The notes beneath the pieces were generated by a model, which saw nothing but the letters and a program-made list of their open reading frames with translations, made no database searches and had not been told where the DNA came from. From Octopus bimaculoides (Eukaryota): a stretch of DNA of 64,000 bases. The stretch lies in contig NC_068992.1 of assembly GCF_001194135.2 (NCBI RefSeq), positions 57,658,097 to 57,722,096 of the forward strand. Reading direction: 5' to 3'. Shown piece by piece: positions 53,783 through 64,000 of this stretch (its first letter is position 1; every line of letters starts with the position of its first letter). The position numbers and the translations under genes are program-made.

Positions 53783-54111
53783 AACATCAAGAGCCAGAAC
53801 AAATAATACAAGGCATTCTATCCACCACAATAACATAATGACTCCCTGCCAATTAACTGCATCATTGCCTCCTTAATATCAATAACCACAACTGTTTCTA
53901 ATTTAGGCACAAAGCCAGCAATTTTGAAGGGAGATAAGGGGGATCAGCAAATTACATTAACCCCAGTGCTAGACTAGTACTTTGTCTCCCATGGAGGGAT
54001 GAAAGGCAAAACTGACCCTGGTGGTATTTGAACCCAGAAATATAAAGAGACAGAAACAAATAATACTGCAACAAATTCTATTCGACACCATAGCATCTCA
54101 GTCAATCAATC

Positions 54112-54142
<31 letters not shown>

Positions 54143-54319
54143 GTATTAATAATAATAATAATAATAATGGTATTAATAATGATAATAAAGTACAAATAGA
54201 ACCACAATAAAAGATGCGTGTTTGTATAGCAAGTGATTCATTTATTTATTTCTATTAGTTAATCTCATTATTGATGTCATCTTTTTTAGCTTCTATTATT
54301 CAAAGCTGGCAACAAGTCT

Positions 54320-54375
<56 letters not shown>

Positions 54376-54755
54376 AGTGAAAAGATTATTACAACACACA
54401 GAGACCATGGCGCTGCTATGAAGTCAGTTTATTCTCAATTGTAAGCTGCGGATGAAAACACATATCCCAGGACCAGTATAACTGGCCTTATGATTTTCTG
54501 CTTTATGTCAGCTCATAGTCAAAACAGACTTGTGATTGAAGATGTTCCCATCATGACCATCCCATCTAGTTGTCAGATAATATATCCAATGTGTCCTTCT
54601 TATATAAAAGTGGAAGGGTTTCATTTGAAGAAACCTAGCTGCGGTGTCTCGCAGTTTGAATAACTGCATAGAAGCCCACACATTGGCTTATTAAAGGAAG
54701 AGGAATTAATAGGTTTTATAGTAAGGTATATAAAGGTTAATAAAAGGTATTTGGT

Positions 54756-55091
54756 GAAGGTGCATGGCTCAGTGGTTAGAGCACTCGGCTCACAATCATG
54801 AAATAGTGAGTTTGATTCCCAGACCGGACTGTGTTGTGCTCTTCTTGAACAAAGACACTTTATTTCACATTGCTCCAGTTCACTCAGCTGTAGAAATGAG
54901 TTGCGACGTCACAGGTACCAAGCTATATTGGTTTTGCCTTTCCCTTGGATAACTCTGGTGGCGTGGAGAGGGGAGGCTGGTATGCAGGGACAACTGCCGG
55001 TCTTCTATAAACAACCTTGCCCAGACTTGTGCTTCGGAGGGGAACTTTCTAGGTGCAATCCCGTGGTCATTCATGACCGAAGGAAGTCCTT
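54756..55091 (+). mobile_element. tRNA-derived SINE (head H2, tail C)
   Basis: H2 head then aaacaaccttgcccagacttgtgc...atgaccgaagg; the same tail C occurs alone at 47596-47702. Confidence 0.7.
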
Positions 55092-56370
55092 GCCCCAGTG
55101 AGGTAAAATTTGGCAGATTTAGACAAAATAAGGAAAAGTGAAAGGAGTGGAGTTAGGTGAAGATGGTACAGCTTGCTAGTTCAGTGGAGCAGAAGATGTA
55201 GTAATAGCAGAAGAAGATGCAGAGAGAGAGCATAGGATGTCTTTGAGCCAGTGATTGTAATATCTGTACAGCATACAGTGTGGAAGTGTTGCTATAGTTT
55301 AACAATAGGTCAGCCATAATCAAACAGAATTTATGATGAAGACATTCCAGGCATGACCATTCTGTCTTCTAGCTGCATACAAAACTACATTAACTAGCAC
55401 ATAATTTCTATATTCAACTGAATGACTGAAACAAGTAAGAAAAAAAAAAAGAAAAAAAAAAGAACACCTATCATTATTATCATCATTTAGCATCTGTGTT
55501 CCATGCTGACACGGGTTGAATGCACAGGACTTCATCATCACGTTCCAATGTCTACTTTTAGCATGGTTTCTATGGCTATATTCCTTTCAAATGCTAGCCA
55601 CTTTACAGTGTATACAGGAAGTTTTTTTGTTTTTTTTTCCATGTCGCTAGTACTGACAAGATCATCAAGTAACTTGCAACTAGGACAGACTGACCGTTTC
55701 ACTCCCAAGGTATAGGTCAGCCCAGAACCGTAACAGAAGAGACTCTCCCAAGGTGTTGTACAATGGGTCTGAACTCAAAATCATGATTGCAAAACGAATT
55801 TCTTAGCTACACACTCATGCCTGTGCCTTAGATAAATTAATTCTAAGGGAAAGAAAATTTTCAATCATCCTTATAAGGAACCAAAGAATCACTGGTGCCA
55901 AGCAGTTTTCAGGATATTAGTATAAATTACAACCCACCCAACACAGCCAAATCCACAAATTACTGTTGGTTTGTTATTTTATATTTGCCTCTAATTGTTT
56001 CCTGTTATGTTTAGCTTCCGCTAAAGCTTAATCTCACAAAAGCTAATTAGTTTTCTTCATTAAATTGACAAGAAAAAAAAAAATTCTTTCTTTTTAATTA
56101 TTTCATAAAGTGTATCCTTAGCTTTGAGATCTAGAGAGATTTTAAATCATTACAGGGGAACACTGAGAAATGACATGCAGTAATGCAGACATATAATGGA
56201 GGGGTGAGACTTGGCTGAAAAGAATATATAAATGCTGCATATTCATCTATCACAAAGAAATCAAACAGACCTTAAAAACGACTCCAACTGTATTAACATA
56301 TGTCTGTAGATATATATTTCATTCTTTAGATAATTAAAGCTTATAAATAATGCAACATTTTCAGTTAGCT

Positions 56371-56413
<43 letters not shown>

Positions 56414-56819
56414 GTATGGATGGATAGATAGATAGATAGATAGATAGATATAGATATATACATACACACACTCACATATATTTATGTACATGTATGTACA
56501 TATATATGAAAATATCTAAATGAAGGCGTTAACAGCTGGCATGTTCACGGTATCAACTTTGGTTTGTTATTGCAGCTGGAACAAGACCCAGTGTTCAATA
56601 GAAACTCCCCTAATGGCATCTTCTTCTTCAACAAAAGAAGTTAAAGAGACTTTTAAAACAATCAGAAGCTTAGACAAGATCACAGCTTGTTAAAATTGTT
56701 TCTCGTGGTGTGTAACAAAAGATTTTATGTAATTAGCTCTTCTATGTGAAAGCTGCCTTCACATCAATATTAAGTAAGACAATGAAGGTATTTCATGTCA
56801 ATCAACATATATCTATATC

Positions 56820-56868
<49 letters not shown>

Positions 56869-58254
56869 ATTGCTGAGGAATTTAAACAGGTTTTAAGTAA
56901 ATGATAGTACCATTAACACTAACAACAACAACAACAACAATAATCACAACACAGAGCTCAGGAAACCCCTGACCACCCAATCAGCAAGGCAGCCAACCTA
57001 TCAGAACCGAATACCAGACTGACCTTGTCTAGACCACTGGTTCCCAAAGTGAGTGGCACTGCCCCCCCCCCAACTCACCCACTCCAGGATAGGGGGGATC
57101 ATAGGGGCAGGGCTGTTGATGGAAATTGAGGTGATAGTGGGGTAGGCAAAAGGTGAGCAATGGATATCATCATCATCATCATCATCATCATCATAATCAT
57201 CATCATCACTTAACGTCCGCCTTCCATGCTGGCATAAGTTGGACAGTTGGACAGTTTGACAGGAGTGGGCCAGGCAGAAGATTGCACCATAGTCCTGTGT
57301 CTGTTTTGGATGCCCATCTTAACACCAACCACTCTGTAGAGTGGTCTGAGTGCTTTTTACGTGGCACCACTGAGGTCAGTTTCGGCATGGTTTTTTTTAT
57401 AGCTGGACGTCCTTCCAAAGGCCAACTACTTTATAATGTGAACTGAACGCTTTTTACGTGGCACCAGAACTCTCAGGGTCACCAAATAACTTTGCAAGAC
57501 AAAGAATCTTTCAAATGCAAAATCAACGAAATAATGGGTTAATCAGGTTAAGTTTTATTTGCAAAATACAGTTGTTTCTTTTTGTTTTACTTTTTAGTCT
57601 GGTACTTATGCTACTGTTTTTTTTTGTTTTGTCAAACCACTAAGTTATGAGGACATAAACAAACCAACACGAGTTGTCAAGCAGTACAGAGGGGGAACAG
57701 ACGAACATACACACACACATATTGTCAATTAAATTTACTTTCCATAGTTAACCAGTACTTTAATGACCCAAGAGCAAATGCCATGTTGATCCTGAGAGAA
57801 TAAGAACTTGGGACCTAAGGAGGCGTAACTAAATACAATGAGGCATTTCACACCCAACACTGTTACCAATTCTGCCAAGTCTCTGACTTGACTCTTAGAT
57901 ATAAATAAATAAAATGCTAAAGCTCAAGAGATTTTTTACTTATCAAGCAAGAATATTCTTATCTCCACCTATTCAATTACCTCTACATGCTTCCCAGGAA
58001 TTACCAAACTATTTATGGATTCTTAGATTATTTACATTTAGAAAATATGCCTAACCATAAAAATTACTTTCACCTCTAAAGTTGAATTGCTTCCATTGCT
58101 TTTTATGGCCAACAGATTATCTGAGGACATATTATTTATCAGTTCTGACAAGGCCTCAGTTATAATTCACACGTCTCTTCCACCACATCAAAGGACTTTG
58201 TATTCTATGCAAGAAATTATTTACTGTTATCCTATGATTGCGATGTTCAACAAG

Positions 58255-58620
58255 CTTGAAGGCTATTCCAGTGGAGCACAAGCTCCTGATAGGGCCTCCC
58301 ATGCTGGACATGTCAAAGGATAGGGGCCAGGCTAATGTAGACCAAATGAGTTTGTATCAGGCTAACACTCCAATATAGGAAAAAACAAAAAAAGCTAAGT
58401 TACAGAAGCATGATGAGAATATAAAACCAACAAGACATGGGAGAGGAAGGCTTTCACCCAAGGAAGAATAAGACACGTCGGGTCTTGACTTGGAAACCAC
58501 AAGGGAGACAGAAAAGTGAACACCCTGAAAATAACTACAGGCAGGATATTGAGGTTGAGTTAGAAAAGCAGGGATCCAATTGGAGAGAAGCAGAAAAGAA
58601 AACCCAGCCCAAAACCAAGA
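58255..58620 (+). mobile_element. Short bipartite RTE-derived element
   Basis: 5' module followed by TRRVLTWKPQGRQKSEHPENNYRQDIEVELEKQGSNWREAEK, resembling the RTE C-terminal ALTWNPQGKRKRGRP..TWRR motif. Confidence 0.65.
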
Positions 58621-58632
58621 AAGAAGTCTGTC

Positions 58633-58678
<46 letters not shown>

Positions 58679-60074
58679 NNNNNNNNNNGTCGATTTGCTC
58701 GACTAAAGGCGGTGCTCCAGCATGGCCGCAGTCAAATGACTGAAACAAGTAAAAGAGTAAAGAATAAAAGAGTAATGATTTATACTCAATAGGGTGTGAA
58801 GGAATTAAGTAAATAATGACTGCAATGCAGATGAACAGACAGAAATGGCATAGCAACATATTAAATGCCGCACAATATTTACAAGCAAGCCAGCAGAATC
58901 ATTAGCACGCCGAGCAAATTGCATAGCAGCATCTCATCCACTGTATGTTCTGAGTTCAAATTCTACTAAGGTCAACTTTGTCTTCCTTCATTCTTTCAAG
59001 GTAGATAAAATAAGTAACAGTTGAGCAGGGGGGGGGGGTCGATGTAATCAACTTACATTCGCCTTCCCCACCTGCCCCAAAATTGCTGGCCTTGTGCCAC
59101 CAAAATTTGAAATAAATATTCATAGTTGTCACACCAATCCCTAAAAGAAAAGAAACACACACACACACANNNNNNNNNNNNNNNNNNNNNNNNNNNNNNN
59201 NNNNNNNNNNNNNNNNNNNNNNNNNNNNNNNNNNNNNNNNNNNNNNNNNNNNNNNNNNNNNNNNNNNNNNNNNNNNNNNNNNNNNNNNNNNNNNNNNNNN
59301 NNNNNNNNNNNNNNNNNNNNNNNNNNNNNNNNNNNNNNNNNNNNNNNNNNNNNNNNNNNNNNNNNNNNNNNNNNNNNNNNNNNNNNNNNNNNNNNNNNNN
59401 NNNNNNNNNNNNNNNNNNNNNNNNNNNNNNNNNNNNNNNNNNNNNNNNNNNNNNNNNNNNNNNNNNNNNNNNNNNNAAATATTCATAGTTGTCACACCAA
59501 TCCCTAAAAGAAAAGAAACACACACACACACACACACACACAGAAAGGGATTGAACCTGAGAACTCACAATTGTGAAGGATTAATACCAAGTGGCTATCT
59601 GTTTTCCTATGTGTTCGTTCCATGGTCTGTAGTTCATTGTTCTAACGTCCTGTACCCTGATATGCATCTATATACACATGTAGATGTAAGTATGTACATA
59701 TATGTGTGTATACATGCATATATATTATTTGTATTATATATATATATATTTATATATATATTTAAAAGTCTTTGTTGCTGATGGGGAGCTTTTAACATTT
59801 TCTGTCAAAAGGGGGATATTATTCAATGCTATTAATTTTTTTGAGGTCAACTTTGCCTTCCATCCTTTCAGGGTCGATAAATTAAGTACCAGTTATGCAC
59901 TGGGGTTGATGTAATTGACTCTCTCCCCTCTCCCACCACCCCAAATTTCAGGCTTTTTGCCTATAGTAGAAAGGATTATTCAATGCTGTTATTTATAGCT
60001 TTATATGTTCGAGATCTTCTGTTCCCAAGCAAAAAAAAAAAAAGGTTATATAGATGTATTAAAACAACACTTAC

Positions 60075-60169
60075 CCATGAACCATTCCATATTCTTTGTA
60101 ATTAACTTGGATAAATTTCCCAAATCGACTAGAATTATTATTATGTACTGTTTTTGCATTCCCAAATGC
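60075..60169 (-). CDS. Myo9: Myosin-IX-like motor domain exon (switch I): [32 protein letters not shown]; 95 nt, phase 0 to 2
   Basis: Canonical myosin switch I motif on the minus strand; ttttcag acceptor and GG|gtaagt donor; joins in frame with 41361. Confidence 0.95.
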
Positions 60170-60293
60170 CTGAAAATAAGAAAGAAAATTAAAAAATTAA
60201 AGAAAAATAACATTGAATAAATTAAGAAGTATTTAAATACAGAGAATATTATTTTGCGAGTGTGTGTGGGTGAACATGTTCGTACATGTGCAC

Positions 60294-60722
60294 ATCATCA
60301 TCATCATCACCACCACCACCACTGCCACCACCACCACATCATCATTGTTTTAAATGTCCATTTCAAGCTGGCATGGGTTGGACGGTTTGACAGGAGCTGG
60401 CTAGGTAGAAGACTACCCCAGGCTAGAGCGTCTGTTTTGGCTGGGTTTTTTACAGCTTGATGCACTTCCTAACACCAATCACTCTTCAGAGCACACTGAA
60501 TGCTTCTTACGTGGCACCAGCACAGGTGAGGTCAGTTTCGGCAAGGTTTTTACAGCTGGACGCCCTTCCAAATGCCAACCACTTCCCAGCGTCGACTGGA
60601 TGCTTTTTTATGCGGTACCAGCACCAGCAGGGTCACCAAGTAACTTGCAAGACAAGGAATTTTGAGAGGGGAGGGGAATCATTTGAGGAAAGGGTCTTGT
60701 GTTGGATGATGAAAGGTTAGTG
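60294..60722 (-). mobile_element. SINE-like repeat with (GAT)n tail
   Basis: catcatcat..tgtcc..gctggcatgggttggacggtttgac..ggatgcccttcc motif; further copies at ~1340-1566, 10938-11161, 28338-28592, 50796-51062 and 57165-57500. Confidence 0.75.
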
Positions 60723-60723
60723 T

Positions 60724-60766
<43 letters not shown>

Positions 60767-60960
60767 ACACACACATATATATATACATATATATGACGGG
60801 CTTCTTTCAGTTTCCGTCTACCAAATCCACTCACAAGGCTTTGGTCGGTCCGAGGCCATAGTAGAAGACACCTGCCCAAGGTGCCATGCAGTGGGACTGA
60901 ACCCGGAACCATGTGGTTCTTAAGCAAGCTACTTACCATGCAGCCACTCCTACATATGCG

Positions 60961-61010
<50 letters not shown>

Positions 61011-61289
61011 GGCCTCCAAAGAATAAGTTCTGGAGTTGATTTTTCTAACTAAAAAAAAAACCCTTTAAGGCGATACTCCAGCATGGCCACAGCCAAATGA
61101 TTGAAGTCAAAGAATAAAAGAATATATTATATGTGTAATATATAGTTAATAATTAAATTAAATATGATAATATTGTGTTTTATGTGCTCAATTCCCCAAT
61201 CCATGGAAAAATTGCAGTGCGTGAAACTGGTCGGTAGTGCAAAAAACATTGGGGTCTACTGCTATAGAAGAAAAGAAGCAGAACATAAT

Positions 61290-61545
61290 CTGGGGACAAT
61301 GGTCAGACATAGAAAACTAGAATATTTTGGCCAAGTTATCAGCATCCAGAAGGTCTGCAATAGCATCAAGGGCTGGATGGATAGGAATCAAGCTGAAGGG
61401 CCACAAAGATGAAAATGGAGTGATAAAATAAAGGACTTGATAGAGAGGGCTCTGACAAAATGTATAAGTACAGTATGAAATTGCAGTTTGTGTTGAGGGG
61501 TGGTGATTGTGTCAAAGGCTTGCACATCGCAACCACAAGGATGGA
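61290..61545 (+). mobile_element. RTE-like LINE 3' remnant
   Basis: VRHRKLEYFGQVIS...KGWMDRNQAEGPQR*KWSDKIKD resembles R.RKL.YFGH..R....G...G.R.RGR...W.D.IK. Confidence 0.6.
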
Positions 61546-62814
61546 CATGTTCATGTATTTATTTACTAGGGATAAAGGTAATACAGGAACTGTTCATACA
61601 ACTAATTTTTGTGAATGAGCAAGAGGGGGGGGAAAAAAATGAAAATGTAAAAATAATAAATAAAATAAAATACTTTTAAAAAATTGCTTTAAGGAAATAT
61701 TTACACAGAATGATGTTTAACTTGAGAATAACTATCCTTTCCATGTCCAGAAACATAGTTATATATTTAGATAAGTAATATAAATACAGGCATATTATAC
61801 AGCTGTCATTCATTTATCTATACACACACACACATGTATGTATGTATGTATGTGTGTGTGTATGTATGTATGTATGTATGCACATGTTTGTATGTATGCA
61901 CATGTATGTATATGTACATACATACATACATGTATGTATGTATGTATGTATGTATGTATGTATGTATGTATGTATGTATGTATGTATGTATGTATGTATG
62001 TGTGTATGTATGTATGATTGTGTGTTTGCATGTATGTATGTATATATGTATGTCCGTATGTTTGTACGTATGTATGCATACAACTGTCAGGTAAAATCCG
62101 GAGCATCTTCATTAAACTATGTGTGTATATTTGCATATATGTATGTATGTAGATATTCCTTTATGTGCTACTTTCAGTTCTATATTCATTTATAAATTAT
62201 CCAAAAATATCAACTAAATGATATAGTTATAAAAACACGCATACACATGCACACATACTTGTGTGAGTGTGTGTGTGTATATATATATGTCTGTGTGTAT
62301 ATATAAAGATGTATATGTATATATATATATACATNNNNNNNNNNGTATGTGTGTATGTATGTGTGTATGTATGTGTGTATGTATGTGTGTGTACATAGTC
62401 CATAATTTTAGCCAACACTGTATATATCAAAGCAGCTATAAAAATCCTGTCTTTATAAACTACATCTTCATGAACAGAAAGAGGAACATCAGCTGAGCTT
62501 GTTTCAGTCCTTAGTTGGGTTTTTCATCAGCAACTGTACACCCAAAGTCCACTTACAAGCTAAAATATTTCCAAGGCACTTAGTTCATCTGAGCCCTATT
62601 TTCTGACTACAAAGATATTTTATATAAAGAAAAACAGTGTTCTTTCTTGTCTATTACATACAATGTCAACTAAAAATCAATGGACAAACTCTATAGAATC
62701 ATTAGCGTTGAAACAAAGCATATATATATATATATATATATATACATAAACACATGTGTATATGTGTGTGTGTATGTGCGTGTGTGTGTTACTAGCTACT
62801 AAACCTTTTTTATT

Positions 62815-62982
62815 TTCTCTCTCTCTGTTTATTTTTGTGTTCCTTTCCGTCGAAGAGCGTAGGCTCGAAACATAAAAGACTTTCTCACTTCTCACTTCCC
62901 CGAGTGTTAAACTAATACATCTGTTTGTTGTTTACACACCAGTCTTCATCTTTTATTTTGTTTATTTTTTTCAACTGTATAT
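62815..62982 (+). mobile_element. Short repeat with a Penelope-like 3' motif, embedded in (TA)n
   Basis: gtcgaagagcgtaggctcgaaacataaaagac; reverse-strand copy at ~22795-22940 and partial copy at 18660-18720. Confidence 0.5.
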
Positions 62983-63967
62983 ANNNNNNNNNNNNNNNNN
63001 NNNNNNNNNNNNNNNNNNNNNNNNNNNNNNNNNNNNNNNNNNNNNNNNNNNNNNNNNNNNNNNNNNNNNNNNNNNNNNNNNNNNNNNNNNNNNNNNNNNN
63101 NNNNNNNNNNNNNNNNNNNNNNNNNNNNNNNNNNNNNNNNNNNNNNNNNNNNNNNNNNNNNNNNNNNNNNNNNNNNNNNNNNNNNNNNNNNNNNNNNNNN
63201 NNNNNNNNNNNNNNNNNNNNNNNNNNNNNNNNNNNNNNNNNNNNNNNNNNNNNNNNNNNNNNNNNNNNNNNNNNNNNNNNNNNNNNNNNNNNNNNNNNNN
63301 NNNNNNNNNNNNNNNNNNNNNNNNNNNNNNNNNNNNNNNNNNNNNNNNNNNNNNNNNNNNNNNNNNNNNNNNNNNNNNNNNNNNNNNNNNNNNNNNNNNN
63401 NNNNNNNNNNNNNNNNNNNNNNNNNNNNNNNNNNNNNNNNNNNNNNNNNNNNNNNNNNNNNNNNNNNNNNNNNNNNNNNNNNNNNNNNNNNNNNNNNNNN
63501 NNNNNNNNNNNNNNNNNNNNNNNNNNNNNNNNNNNNNNNNNNNNNNNNNNNNNNNNNNNNNNNNNNNNNNNNNNNNNNNNNNNNNNNNNNNNNNNNNNNN
63601 NNNNNNNNNNNNNNNNNNNNNNNNNNNNNNNNNNNNNNNNNNNNNNNNNNNNNNNNNNNNNNNNNNNNNNNNNNNNNNNNNNNNNNNNNNNNNNNNNNNN
63701 NNNNNNNNNNNNNNNNNNNNNNNNNNNNNNNNNNNNNNNNNNNNNNNNNNNNNNNNNNNNNNNNNNNNNNNNNNNNNNNNNNNNNNNNNNNNNNNNNNNN
63801 NNNNNNNNNNNNNNNNNNNNNNNNNNNNNNNNNNNNNNNNNNNNNNNNNNNNNNNNNNNNNNNNNNNNNNNNNNNNNNNNNNNNNNNNATATATATAAAC
63901 ACAGACACATATATACTATAATATATATATATGTATTATATAATATAATGTATGATATAATATAATG

Positions 63968-64000
<33 letters not shown>

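Noticed and set aside
56520-56700. Possible plus-strand nested-gene exon after ttattgcag
   Set aside because: Frames close quickly, no donor or partner exons found, no recognisable domain
57035-57070. hAT-like left end cactggttcccaaa
   Set aside because: No matching right TIR or TSD found

Overview
Eukaryotic, AT-rich, microsatellite- and SINE-dense draft sequence with many N gaps. The repeat complement looks like a cephalopod (Octopus-like) genome, which is an inference from recall and not a database result. The only protein-coding gene I can support is an unconventional myosin of class IX (Myo9-like) on the minus strand. Nine small GT-AG exons (60169 down to 203; 831 nt, 277 codons, phases consistent, no stops) encode the motor domain from switch I ([16 protein letters not shown]) to switch II and the relay helix ([23 protein letters not shown]). 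The gene continues beyond both window edges. Almost all ORFs in the supplied track are microsatellite or N-gap artefacts. The introns (0.45-19 kb) hold several tRNA-derived SINE families with swapped heads and tails, short bipartite RTE-derived elements, LINE remnants, TTAA-flanked and hAT-type MITEs, minisatellites and recent local duplications. I found no prokaryote-type system (CRISPR, operon). The best leads are a candidate in-frame cassette exon, the bipartite RTE family, combinatorial SINE modules and a spacerless inverted SINE hairpin. Repeat boundaries are approximate (about 10-20 nt); exon boundaries were counted base by base.
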